A stretch of 64,000 nucleotides of DNA from an uncultured Actinomycetota bacterium (GCA_963806295.1 CAWDXP010000026.1:127924-191923), one strand, 5' to 3'; shown: positions 21,934 to 34,104, counted from the first letter of the stretch. The notes: a model not told the origin generated them from the letters alone. A program made the numbers and translations.

Positions 21934-23604
21934 TCAGCGGGTGGGCGCCACGGCCAGCACGGTCAGCTCCGGAACGCACGAGTAGCGCTGGCGCACAACC
22001 TCTTCCGGGGCTGTGGACAAGACCACAGGGCGCTCGGCCCGACCCAGCAGCGCGCACTCCTGCGCGACGGTGAGACCGCTCTGCAGGGCGCGCTCCTGGT
22101 GGTCGGCGACCCGGAGGGTGTCGAGCAGGATTCGGGCCACGGAGTCCGTCGTGACGGTGTCCTGGAGCCAGACCACCGTGGCGCCCTTCGCGGACGGCGT
22201 GTCGATGGCGGCCAGCACCCGGCCGGCGTCGACGGTGGACCACACGCCGAGCTGGCTGCCCCAGGGCATGAGGAGCGTGTAGGCCACGAACACGCCCCCG
22301 AGCGCACCAGCGACACCTCGCACGACACCGGACGCCCCCGGCCACCGCTCGAGGGCCACCCCGAGCGCGAGGGCCCCCGCCACGGCGACCCACGGCAACG
22401 CGAGGACAGCGGCCTGCCACAGCAGCTTGCTCGGGTAGTAGTGCAGGAGCGGGATGCCGAGCCGCAGGCTGAGCGCCGCCGCCGTCGCCGCGGGAAGCAG
22501 GGTGGCCGCAGCCACGGTCCGCAGCGCACCATCACGTCGCTGGGCTGCGAGGACCAGCGCGGCCACTGTGCCGAGCACGAGGAACACCATGGGAATGGGG
22601 CTGTCGGGGCCGGGCCTCGTCGCGCCGGCGAGGCCCGTTCGACCGATGATGGCGGCGACCCCCGGGGCCCCGACAGCACACGCTGCCAACCCGCAGACCA
22701 CAGCGGTGACGCGCTCCCCGGGCCCGCCGCGACGAAGGGCGACCCAGGCACACCAGGCTGCTGCCGCGGCCACCGGCGGGAGGAGTAGCTGCCACGAGTG
22801 TGCGACCACCACCAGCCCGGCCGAGCACACGAGCAACGACACCCGCGTTCCCGCCCGCACCAGCACCTCGCGGCAGCACACGGCCAGCACGACGGCCGTC
22901 AGCAGGGAGTTCTCGTACCCGAGCGCCTGGTAGTTGGCGAGCACCGGGTTGAGCAGGGTGGCAGCCCCCGCGAACAGCCCGACGACGAGGGCTGCGCGCC
23001 GGCCCAGCCCGGCCCGCATCGCGAGGGCGTGACCCAGGTGGGCGGTGGCGAGGGCGAGCACCGCCGAGAGCATCAGGCTGGCCACCGCCATCTCCAGGAG
23101 CAGCCGGCTGACGGATGCCGGGTCGAGACCGGCCCCGGTCGCCGACCACACGGCGGCGAGGGCGGCATGCCACCCACGTGGGTAACTACCCACGGCAAAC
23201 GACAGGTTGCCCTCATCCCACACGGTCGCCACGAAGAAGGCGTGCCGAGGGTGGTCACCGTTGAGGAACCACTCCACACCCCCAGGTGCGCCGCGCAGCA
23301 GCACCACGATGGCGGTGACCACCACGGCGAGGCCGGGGACGGCCAGCATCAGAGTTCCCGGGCCTCGGTGGGGCACCGTCGGGCGGCGCAGCCACCACAC
23401 GAGGCCGCCGCCCGCGGCGAGGGCGACCACCAGCAGGGACAGGGAGGCAGGGCGGCTCCCCAGCACCGGCCAGCCCAGCCCCGCCGCCACGACGGCGACC
23501 GACGTGACCGTGGCGAGCGCCACCACTGCAGCGGCACCGATGTCCCCGCCGGCGACAGGCTCCGGTTCGGGCCGGCTCCGCACTGCTCCAACGGCATCCA
23601 TCAT
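21934..23604 (-). CDS. Polytopic membrane protein, GT-C-like
   Basis: 'FLNGDHPRH..SYPRGWHA' loop motif, about 12 TM helices, 'HYYPSK'. Confidence 0.6.
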   Translation of the reverse strand: MMDAVGAVRSRPEPEPVAGGDIGAAAVVALATVTSVAVVAAGLGWPVLGSRPASLSLLVVALAAGGGLVWWLRRPTVPHRGPGTLMLAVPGLAVVVTAIVVLLRGAPGGVEWFLNGDHPRHAFFVATVWDEGNLSFAVGSYPRGWHAALAAVWSATGAGLDPASVSRLLLEMAVASLMLSAVLALATAHLGHALAMRAGLGRRAALVVGLFAGAATLLNPVLANYQALGYENSLLTAVVLAVCCREVLVRAGTRVSLLVCSAGLVVVAHSWQLLLPPVAAAAAWCAWVALRRGGPGERVTAVVCGLAACAVGAPGVAAIIGRTGLAGATRPGPDSPIPMVFLVLGTVAALVLAAQRRDGALRTVAAATLLPAATAAALSLRLGIPLLHYYPSKLLWQAAVLALPWVAVAGALALGVALERWPGASGVVRGVAGALGGVFVAYTLLMPWGSQLGVWSTVDAGRVLAAIDTPSAKGATVVWLQDTVTTDSVARILLDTLRVADHQERALQSGLTVAQECALLGRAERPVVLSTAPEEVVRQRYSCVPELTVLAVAPTR

Positions 23605-23795
23605 CGAAGGACCCCTCGTCAGCGCGGGGGCCGGGCCGTCGTGAGGACCCACATCGAGCAGGACCTCCCCTCGCCGCAGCCCGACCGGGACGGTCGGCCC
23701 TTCTCACGCTAGAGCGGGCGCGGGACCGGGTCGGGGCGAACCCGGGCAATGTGGCCGTTCGGCCGAGCGCGTCGGCCGGCGGGGGCGACATGGCG

Positions 23796-23836
23796 AGAGC
23801 CGGTATGCCGTGGGCTCGCCACGGCATACCGGCTCT
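23796..23836 (-). terminator. 18-bp perfect-stem hairpin downstream of ahcY
   Basis: AGAGCCGGTATGCCGTGG-GCTCG-CCACGGCATACCGGCTCT. Confidence 0.75.
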
Positions 23837-23872
23837 GGTCGTGCGACGGGCGATGGCCCGCGTGCGGCTACC

Positions 23873-25324
<1,452 letters not shown>

Positions 25325-25339
25325 GCGGAAGCTCCTTGG

Positions 25340-25410
25340 GAGTTCTGACGATCTGGTTGACCCGGCGTCGCCCTTCAGGGCCGCACGTTCGTGGAGGGGT
25401 ATCACCCGCG
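25340..25410 (-). promoter_or_regulatory. Candidate structured ahcY leader (possible SAH-riboswitch variant)
   Basis: Minus strand CUGA-AGGGCGACGCCGGGUCAACCAGAUCG-UCAG just before the AAGGAG RBS. Only loosely like the SAH riboswitch core. Confidence 0.35.
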
Positions 25411-25806
25411 CCGGCGGGTACCCACTCTACCGCAGGGGACGGTCCGACCCGTGAATCCGCAGGTCACGAACCCCCCGTCGAAGGTTCCGGTGTGGTGGCA
25501 TGTCCTCGTGCGTCGGGCGACCGCAGGGGGTCCCGGCGCGTGACGCTGAAGAAGTCGGCGTGGGGCGAGCGGCTCGGCCGTGACGCCTCGGCGAGTTCCC
25601 GTGGTCGTCGTGAGGCGACCGCCCAGGGCCGCCGTCGACGACGCGTCGGAGGGGACGCTGCAGCGCAGACGGCGGTCGAGTTCCGGACCGGGCCTCGCCA
25701 TCCAGGCCACCGAGCCGTCGCACTCGCAGGGGGGTGCGGCGGCTCGGCCGGCCGCCACGACGAAGTCCCGGTGGCCCACGGCCGACGGGCCCGGTACCGT
25801 CCGGAG

Positions 25807-26151
25807 ATGCCGACGTGGAATCACGTGGAGCTGGAGGCACTGCAGCGGGGCTGGCACCGAGGGCACCTCGCCCTCACGTTGCCGGTCGACTGCCCCCACT
25901 GCATCCACCCCGACGGCGACGCCTTCGTCGACGTCATCGTGCCTGCCGTGGTGATCGACCCCGGTGGAGGTGGGGGCGGACGCGGCGGGGGCGGTGGTGC
26001 GCCCACTGACGCCGACACCGACGAGGGCGGCCCGGTGGTCGGCGGCTTCCCCGACTCCTTCCTCGTCGAGTGCAGGTGCACTGACGAGGAGCACGGCGAC
26101 TCCGGGGGCTGCGGTCGCCGTGGCCGGGTGCGGACGGCGGAGCTCGGGTGA
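25807..26151 (+). CDS. Small Cys/His-rich putative Zn-binding hypothetical protein
   Basis: 'CPHC..(Gly-rich linker)..CRCTDEEH..GCG'. GGAG before ATG, and the stop overlaps the next start (GTGA). Confidence 0.75.
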   Translation: MPTWNHVELEALQRGWHRGHLALTLPVDCPHCIHPDGDAFVDVIVPAVVIDPGGGGGGRGGGGGAPTDADTDEGGPVVGGFPDSFLVECRCTDEEHGDSGGCGRRGRVRTAELG

Positions 26152-27305
26152 GCGCCGCCGCCCGGGTCGCCGACGCGGCGGAGGGCATCCCGGGCCGTCC
26201 CGTGCTGCTCGACGGACGAGCGAGCACCGGAGCCGCGACCTACCTCTGGGATCTGCTCGAGCCCCACGATCCCGCGGTGCTGAGCAACGCCGACCAGCCG
26301 GTCGCCGCGCTGACGTCTGACCACCCGGGAGAGTTCGTCGTCCGCCTCACGGTGCTCGATGGTCAGGGAGGTGCGCCGTCGGCAGCCATCTGCGTGGTCG
26401 CGCTCACGCCCTGGGTGGCCGTGGTGGACGCACCCCAGAGCGCCCAGGTCCGTGAGGCCGTGGTCTGTGACGCGTCGCGCTCGCGGGCGCCGGCCGACGC
26501 CACCTACACGTGGGACGTCGTCGCGCAGGGCGGGGGCCTGCCCCCACTGCACAAGGCGGACGGCCAGAAGCTGCGGGTCTACCCCATGGGTCCTGGGGCG
26601 CACGAGGTGACCCTGACCGTGTTCAGCGCCGGAGGCAGCGAGCCGGTCGCCCGGGCGAGCGCGAGCATCGACGTCTCGGAGCCCGACCCTGACGCCCAGT
26701 CGAGCGCGGACGAGCAGTACTGGCAGGACCAGATGCTCGCCGACATCCGGGCAGCGCCCGCTGCGCTGAAGACGGCGGCGTCGACGTGGCAGGGCTACAC
26801 GACCACCCTGATCGGACTGTTCTCGACCGTCGCCCTGGTCGCGGGACCGAAGACCATCACGGACGTGAAGTACCCCGTGGTCGGCTGGTTCGCCCTGGCC
26901 TGCGTGGGCCTGGCCTTCCTCGCCGCCTTCGCGGGCCTGTACCTGCTCGCCAAGGTCACCGCGAGCGCCCCCGTCCCGACCGACGGCAGCAAGCGGGGCG
27001 AGGAGTACCAGGCGGCGACCCTGCTCGCCCTCGACGCCGGCAGGTCAACCTTCACGTGGTCGAAGAGGTGCACCATCGGTGCGGCCGTCCTGATCGCGGT
27101 CGGCTCCCTCGCCGTTGCCGCCGCGGCGTTCGTTCCCCCCGACGCCGGGGTCACGGTCCTGGTCAGGACGCCCACGAGCACGATCTGTGGCGAGCTGACC
27201 ACCGACGACCAAGGCGCCATGACGGTCGCCGGCACGCCGATATCGGGCAGGACCGAGGCCGTGACCGTCGTCGACTCGTGCGGCCGGAACGCAGCGTCGC
27301 CCTGA
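26148..27305 (+). CDS. PKD-like repeat + 3-TM membrane hypothetical protein
   Basis: Two PKD-like units ('LDGRAS..TYLWD..PGEFVVRLTV', 'CDASRS..TYTWD..PGAHEVTLTV'), three hydrophobic helices and a short C-terminal domain with two Cys. Confidence 0.8.
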   Translation: MSAAARVADAAEGIPGRPVLLDGRASTGAATYLWDLLEPHDPAVLSNADQPVAALTSDHPGEFVVRLTVLDGQGGAPSAAICVVALTPWVAVVDAPQSAQVREAVVCDASRSRAPADATYTWDVVAQGGGLPPLHKADGQKLRVYPMGPGAHEVTLTVFSAGGSEPVARASASIDVSEPDPDAQSSADEQYWQDQMLADIRAAPAALKTAASTWQGYTTTLIGLFSTVALVAGPKTITDVKYPVVGWFALACVGLAFLAAFAGLYLLAKVTASAPVPTDGSKRGEEYQAATLLALDAGRSTFTWSKRCTIGAAVLIAVGSLAVAAAAFVPPDAGVTVLVRTPTSTICGELTTDDQGAMTVAGTPISGRTEAVTVVDSCGRNAASP

Positions 27306-27469
27306 GGCGTAGCGCTCAGGACGGACGCCGAAGGGATGCTGCGGGGTCGCGGCGGCGGGGCCGGCCCGGCCCTCGACGAGAAGGGCGGACCGGCCCCGGC
27401 CGGGCGGTGCCGGCACAGGGGCGTCCAAGGAGGCGGACCTCACGTGGCGGGTCGGCTAGCGTCCGTCGT

Positions 27470-28006
27470 ATGCCGTCTGCTCGCGGAACGCTCGACTGGT
27501 CACCCGCCACCACCCACCCCGAGCTGCTCGCCGCCCCGGTGGCGGCCGCGGTGGAGACGGCTGCCGGGGCCCTGGTGGCCCCGATCGACCCGACCCACGC
27601 CGACACCGCCGCCTTCTGCGCGGCCTACGACGTGGCGATGGGGGCGAGCGCCAACTGCGTGGTGGTGGCCGGCCGCCGCGGCGAGGTCACCACCTATGCC
27701 GCCGTCATGGTGCTGGCCACCCACCGGGCCGACGTCAACGGCGTGGTGCGGCGCCACCTCGGCGTCCGGAAGATCTCGTTCGCACCGATGGCGGATGCCG
27801 TGGGGCTGACCGGGATGGAGTTCGGCGGCATCACGCCGGTCGGGCTGCCCGACGGGTGGCCGGTGCTCGTCGACGACGCCGTGGTCGACGCCGGCGAGGT
27901 GGTCATCGGCAGCGGGCTGCGGCGCAGCAAGCTGCTGCTCACCGGCGCGGACCTGCTCACCCTCCCGGGGGCGCAGCAGCTGACCCTGGCCCAGCCGGTC
28001 GCCTAG
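27470..28006 (+). CDS. YbaK/EbsC (prolyl-tRNA editing) family protein
   Basis: 'ADTAAFCAAY..SANCVVV', 'RKISFAPM..TGMEFGGITPVGLP', 'IGSGLRRSK'. Confidence 0.9.
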   Translation: MPSARGTLDWSPATTHPELLAAPVAAAVETAAGALVAPIDPTHADTAAFCAAYDVAMGASANCVVVAGRRGEVTTYAAVMVLATHRADVNGVVRRHLGVRKISFAPMADAVGLTGMEFGGITPVGLPDGWPVLVDDAVVDAGEVVIGSGLRRSKLLLTGADLLTLPGAQQLTLAQPVA

Positions 28007-29151
28007 GAGGTACGGTCGCGCAGCTCGGTGACGTGCCGCGACACCGACGGGTCGAGGCCCAGGCCGAGCGCCAGGTAGGTGGCCGCGTAGTCGGTGAGCG
28101 CCACCAGCGACGCGAGCCGCTCGATCGGCTCACCCGGGTGGGCCACCTGTTCCCACACGGTGACGCCGGCCTCGCGGGCCGAGTCGACCACGGCATCCGC
28201 GAGCGCGACCTGCTGGGGGTCGAGGTCGGGGTCGCGCAGCGTGAGCAGCCCGAGCCGTGGGGCGGGCGGGGCGTCGAGGAAGGGGTCGGCGAAGAGGTCG
28301 CCTCCGGGTGCCGTGGACGTCAGGCCTGAGCCGAAGGGGCCGTCGAGGCAGGCGACGACCTGCGACGCGGCGTCGGGCAGGGCGCCGTAGGTGGCGGGCA
28401 CCCGGGCGGTGCGGGCCAGCATGGAGGCGGCGCGGGTCGCGGCCACCCCGGTGAGCGGGCCGTCACCGAGCACGATCGGCACCGTCTCGCCGAGGCCCAG
28501 GGCGAGGATCTTGGCCGGGTTGACGAACGCCTCGGAGCTGGGGCGACACTCCTCGGCCACCTCGTCGAGCACGTCGGCCACGCGCTCGAGCACGCCGGCG
28601 GGGCACCGCACCAGGCCCATCGCGTCGGCCGCCAGCAGCACCGGGGTGAGCAGCGACCACAGCGCGGTGCGCGACGACGGGGTGGGCAGCGCCACCTCGA
28701 CGTGCACGCCGCGGGCCCGGGCGCTGACCTCGGCCAGCGGCGACCCGGCGGCGCCCACGGTGAGCAGTGAGGCGCCGCGGCGGGCGGCCTCCGCGGCGAG
28801 GGCGAGCGGCCCGGTGGCGCGGCCGGACTGGGAGACGGCGATGACCAGGTCGAGCGGGCCGACCCACCCGGGCAGCGGCGGGCCGCCCCGGGTGGTCACC
28901 GGAACCGGTGAGCCGGGCTCGGCGAGCAGGTCGAGCACGTCGCAGACGAGCGCGGAGCCACCCAGCGCCGCCACGAGCACCGAGCGCGGGCGCTCACCAC
29001 CGGCGACCCGGGAGATGCCGGCCTCGTCGGCCGAGACCAGCGCGCGCCGCACCTGGGCGCCGGCCGAGGCCAGCGAGCGCAGCGAGTCGCGGGTGTCGAG
29101 GGCGCGCAGGGCGTCCGGGTCGTCCAGGCGGCTCTCGTCGACCCACGGCAT
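28003..29151 (-). CDS. SIS-domain protein, bifunctional PGI/PMI-like
   Basis: 'RPRSVLVAALGGS', 'LPGWVGPLDLVIAVSQSG', 'NPAKILA', 'DYAATYLALG'. Conserved position after trm112. Confidence 0.88.
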   Translation of the reverse strand: MPWVDESRLDDPDALRALDTRDSLRSLASAGAQVRRALVSADEAGISRVAGGERPRSVLVAALGGSALVCDVLDLLAEPGSPVPVTTRGGPPLPGWVGPLDLVIAVSQSGRATGPLALAAEAARRGASLLTVGAAGSPLAEVSARARGVHVEVALPTPSSRTALWSLLTPVLLAADAMGLVRCPAGVLERVADVLDEVAEECRPSSEAFVNPAKILALGLGETVPIVLGDGPLTGVAATRAASMLARTARVPATYGALPDAASQVVACLDGPFGSGLTSTAPGGDLFADPFLDAPPAPRLGLLTLRDPDLDPQQVALADAVVDSAREAGVTVWEQVAHPGEPIERLASLVALTDYAATYLALGLGLDPSVSRHVTELRDRTS

Positions 29152-29178
29152 CCGGTGGTGTCCTCCCGCGCCCCCCGC

Positions 29179-29385
29179 TCAGGCGGGTCGGCGCGCCTCG
29201 TCGACGAGGAGGACCGGCACGCCGTCGTCGATGCGGTAGGCCAGGCCGCAGGAGGCGGAGGTGCAGACCAGCTCGGGCCCGCTGTCACCGGTGACGTCGA
29301 GCAGCTCGCTGCGGCATGCCGGGCAGCGCAGGATCTCGCGCAGCCACGGCTCGATCGGCGAGGCGGGGACGGCCTGCTCGCTCAT
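29179..29385 (-). CDS. Trm112-family protein
   Basis: 'LREILRCPACRSEL..LVCT..CGLAYRIDDGVPVLLVDEAR'. Confidence 0.93.
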   Translation of the reverse strand: MSEQAVPASPIEPWLREILRCPACRSELLDVTGDSGPELVCTSASCGLAYRIDDGVPVLLVDEARRPA

Positions 29386-29543
29386 GGGGGTGCCTCCTGA
29401 GGGCGGGGTCGAGGTCGTCGTCGATCCTCCCACACGCCCCGGCGGCCCCTCTCGCGAGTGCCGCGTGCCCGGCTGGCGGACGGACGTGTCCACCGCAGGC
29501 GCCCCTGTTGCCGGCCCTCCGGGCACGACCTAGGGTCCAAGGG

Positions 29544-32500
29544 GTGTCGTCACGGATCGGGGGGAGCGCGCCGCCACGCCTGGTCGTGCTGGGCCGGATC
29601 CGGCTCGAGGCCCTGGGCCGACCCGTGCGGCTCACCGAGCTCGAGAGCGGCCTGCTGGCGCTCGCCGCGCTGCGCGACCGGGTGGGGGTCGACTCCCTCG
29701 GGGAGTGGCTGTGGGCCGGCGACCCGCCCACGTCGGCGCGCAACCGGGTGCAGTCGCTGGTGAGCGGCATCCGGCGCAAGACCCGCGACGGTGAGCCGGT
29801 GATCGTCACCGACGGCCGCGACTACCGGCTCGGCGACACGGTGGCGGTCGACGTGCACGAGTGGGATGCCGAGGTGGCCCTGGCCCGGGCGGCCCGGGCC
29901 ACCGACCTCGAACGTGCCCTGGAGCACTACGACCGCGCCCTGGCCCGCTTCCCCGACACCCCGCTGCAGGGTGCGCCCGACAGCACCGCCGTCGACGTGG
30001 AGCGCAGCCGGCTGGGCCAGACCCGCCTGTCGGTGCTCGAGGAGCGGCACGACGCGGCCCTGCGGTCCGGGCACACCGAGGGGCTGGTGGCCGAGCTCGA
30101 CGCCCTCACCGCGCGGCACCCGTTCCACGAGGGGTTCGTCGCGCAGTTCATGCTCGCCCTGGCCGGCACCGGCCAGCAGTCGCGGGCGCTGGAGGTCTAC
30201 CGCGCCACCCGCGAGCGCCTCGACGACGAGCTCGGGGTGCAGCCGTCGGAGCCGCTGCGCCGGGCCCAGCAGCTCGTGCTCACCGGCACGGGTACGCGCG
30301 GCGAGCCGCACCGCGGCCGGCGGCTCCCCGGCATCCGGCCTGCCGGTGCCACGCACCCTGCCGCGCCGACCCACCGGGCTGGTCGGCCGCGGCGCCGAGC
30401 TCGCCGCGCTGGAGGCGGCTGCCGCCGAGTCCGGCGACCGGGCGGTGGTCGTGGCCGTGACCGGGCTGACCGGGGTCGGCAAGTCGGCCCTGGCGCTCGA
30501 GGCCGGGCACGCGCTGCGGGAGAGGTTCCCCGACGGTGCGCTGTACCACGACGCCGCCAACGACCCCGGGTGCGCCGGGGTGGCCACGGCGCTCGCGGCC
30601 TTCCTGCGGCTGCTCGGCGTGCGACCGGAGTCCGTTCCCGCAGAACGGGAGTCGCGCGTCGGGCTGTTCCGCTCCCTGCTCGACGGGCGGCGGGTGCTCG
30701 TGGTCGTCGACAACCTCGCCACCGACGGCGGCGAGGCCGACGACGTCGTCGACCTGCTCCCCGTGACGGCCGGGTCGATGGCGATCACGACGTCACGCTC
30801 CTCGCTCCCCCGCCTGGCGGCGACCCACCGGGTGCCGCTGCGCTCGCTCGGGCCGGACGACACGATGACCCTGCTGGCCCGCATCGTCGGCGCCCAGCGG
30901 GTGGCCGCCGAGCCGGAGGGCGCGCGCGAGGTGGCCCGGCTGGCGGCGGGGATGCCGCTCGCCGTGCGCATCGTCGGCGGCCGCGCCGTGCAGCGCCCCG
31001 ACCTCTCGCTCGACGAGCTCGCCGACCGGCTCGACCGGCTGGGGTTCGCCGGCGACGTGCCCGACGACCTGCGGGTGCTGCGGGCCGGGCTCGACCGGGT
31101 GCTCGACGGGCTTCCGGAGCCGGCCCTGCGGGTGGTCGAGGCGGTGGCGCACCTGCCGGTCGACACGTTCAGTGGCTGGGTGGCCGGTGCGGTGCTCGAC
31201 GACCGCCGCGCCGGCGACGTCGCGCTCGACGTGCTGCTCGAGGCGAGCCTGGTCGACCCGGTGGTGCGCCTGGACCACGAGGCGCAGTACCGCCTGCACG
31301 ACCTGGTGCGGGCCTTCGTGCGGGGCCGGGCGGCTCGGTCGACGGATGCCGGCGGGCCGGGTGCCGCTCGGGGTACCGACGAGCTGGTCGCGGTGGCCAC
31401 CTGGGGCCTGGCCCGCGACGGGTCGGCGCTGGCGGAGCTGCCGGGCCGCTTCATCCCCGTCCCCCCACGACCGGCCGGTGTGGGTGACGGCCGCGATGCC
31501 GGGCGCCACCGCCGGCGTGCGCACGGTGCCCGGGTGCTGCGCACCGACACCCCCCTGCTCCTCGCGTGCGCGTCGCGGCTGGCGGCTGTACGCCCGGACC
31601 TGGCGTGGCGGCTGGTCGCCGACTGCGCGCTCGGGCACGACGCCTGGTCCGACCTCGAGCGGTGGCTGCGCGCCGAGCAGGTGGTGGCCGCCGCCCTCAC
31701 CGGGGCCGACGACGACAGCCGGCTCGGCGCGGCCTACCTCATGCTGTGCCGCGCGTGGCTGCTGCAGGACCAGCGCTCGGCCTCGTGGGTGGCGCGGGAG
31801 CTGGCGGACCAGGCGCGCCGCCACGTGGTGCTGCTCGGCGCGCACCGGGCCGCGGCCGCCGCCGCCCTCGTGGTGGCCCAGGCCGCCACCTCGCTCGGGC
31901 TGCGCGCCGAGGCCGAGGCCGCCGTCGTCACGGCCGAGGAGTCGCTGGCGCACGCGTCGGACGTCGTGCTGGCGGCGTGGGCCGCGATCGCCCGGGGCAC
32001 GCTGCACAACGACTACGACGAGCTGCCCGACGCGGCCCGCGAGTTCACCCGGGCCCGCGGGCTGCTCGCCGACGCGCCGGTGACCGTCGCGAACGCCCTG
32101 GCGACCCTGGAGCTGTCCCGGGCGCGGAGACGGCAGGGCGAGCTGGGGCCCGCCAGCCTGCTCATCGACGAGGCGCTGCGGCTGTTCGGCCAGATCGGTG
32201 ACGTGCACCTCTACTCGTACGCCCTGGACGCCCGCGCCGAGGTCAGCCTCGCCGCGGGGCGGGCGGCCCAGGCGCTGGAGGAGGCCACGACGGCCCACCA
32301 GCGGGCGCTGGCGTCGCGCGACGCGTTCCTCACCGCCCGGGCCAGGCGCACCCGCGGCCGGGCGCTGCTGGCGCTGGGGCGGCTCGACGAGGCCGAGCGC
32401 GAGCTGCGGATCGGCATCGAGGAGCTCACCGCCATCGACCGGCCGCTGTCGGTGGCCTTCAGCTACCAGGTGCTCGCCGCCGTGCTCGACGCCCAGGGTG

Positions 32501-32604
32501 ATCACACCGCGGCCGGCGAGGCCCTGCGGCTCGAGAGCGCCGCACTGCGCCGGGCGCAGGCCACGGCCCAGGACCCGGGTCGGCGCACGACCGGCCCGGC
32601 CTGA
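29544..32604 (+). CDS. AfsR/SARP-family regulator (wHTH-BTAD-NB-ARC-TPR; frameshift near 30310)
   Basis: BTAD 'RHPFHEGFVAQFMLALAGTGQQSRALEVY..LDDELGVQPS', Walker A 'GLTGVGKS', Walker B 'VLVVVDN', 'GMPLAV', 'YRLHDLVR', C-terminal helical repeats. Confidence 0.92.
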
Positions 32605-32628
32605 CCCGGCGCCCAGGCCGGAGTGTGC

Positions 32629-34104
32629 TCAGGCCGGGGCGCGCACGATGTCGAGCACCTCGTCGCGCACCCGCGCCATGGTGGCGGGGTCGGCGGCCTC
32701 GACGTTGAGCCGCAGCAGCGGCTCGGTGTTGGACGCCCGCAGGTTGAGCCACCACATCGGGTCGCCGTCGCCGCCGGCGTGCACCAGGGTGAGGCCGTCG
32801 AGCTCGTCGGTGTCGACGCCCTGCGGCTGCGCCCAGGCCGCGCACCAGCTCGGTGGCGGCCGGGGCGTCGGTGACGGTGGAGTTGATCTCGCCCGACGCG
32901 GCGTACCGGGCCAGGTCGGCCATCAGCGCGACTGAGCGGGGCGTCCTGCTCGCCGAGCGCCGCGAGGATGTGCATCGCCGCCAGCATGCCGGTGTCGGCG
33001 AACCAGAAGTCGCGGAAGTAGTAGTGCGCGCTGTGCTCGCCGCCGAACACCGCGTCGTGGCGGGCCATCTCGCCCTTGATGAACGAGTGCCCCACGCGGG
33101 TGCGCACCGCCGCGCGCGCCGGTCGCCGGCGATGACCTCGGGCACCTGGGCGGAGCAGATCACGTTGTAGACGACCGCGACGTCGGCGGCATCCGCGCCG
33201 TCGGCCACCGCGCGCGCGACCTCGCGGCGGGCGATCAGGGCGGTGATCGCGCTGGGGCTCACCGGGTCGCCGTGCTCGTCGATGACGAAGCAGCGGTCGG
33301 CGTCGCCGTCGAAGGCCAGCCCGATGTCGGCACCGTGCTCGACGCACGGCGGCCTGCAGGTCGACCAGGTTCGCCGGGTCGAGCGGGTTGGCCTCGTGGT
33401 TGGGGAAGGTGCCGTCGAGCTCGAAGTAGAGCGGGATGACGGTGAGCGGCAGGGCCGGCAGCCCCGCGCCGGTCTCGAGCACGGCGGGCACGGTGAACCC
33501 GCCCATGCCGTTGCCGGCGTCGACGACCACCCGCAGCGGGCGGATGCCGCTGAGGTCGACCAGGCCGCGCAGGAAGGACGCGTAGTCGGCGAGGAGGTCA
33601 CGCTCCTCGAGGCTGCCGGCCGGGGTGGCGGGGTCGTTGACGCCGGCGTCGTCGGAGTCACCGAAGTCGACGAAGTCGCCGGCGAGGATGCGCTCCGCCA
33701 GGACGCGCACGTCCGCGAGGCCGGTGTCCTGGCCGACCGGGCGGGCGCCGGCGCGGCACAGCTTGATGCCGTTGTAGGCGGCCGGGTTGTGGCTGGCGGT
33801 GAACATCGCACCGGGCAGGTCGAGGGCTCCGCTGGCGTAGTAGAGGCCGTCGGTGCTCGCGAGCCCGATGGCGATGACGTCGACGCCCGCGGCTGCGCAC
33901 ACCGTCGGCGAAGGCCGCGGACAGCTCGGGGCTCGAGTCGCGCATGTCGTGGGCGATGACGCAGGCCGTCGCGCCGTCGGGCAGCACCACCACCTCGGCG
34001 AAGGCGGCGCCCAGGGCCCGCGTCACGCGGGCGTCGAGCTGGTCGGGGACGATGCCCCTCACGTCATAGGCCTTGACGACGTCGGACAGCGAAGGGGCGC
34101 TCAC
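32629..34104 (-). CDS. manB: Phosphomannomutase/phosphoglucomutase (several frameshifts)
   Basis: 'KAYDVRG', 'FTASHNPAAYNGIK', 'AFDGDADR', 'GGEHSAHYYFRDF', and an 'NLRASNTEPLLRLNVE'-type C-terminus. Confidence 0.93.

Noticed and set aside
25411-25806. Extra gene or RNA upstream of the Cys-rich gene
   Set aside because: The frames give low-complexity translations with no recognisable motif or convincing structure.
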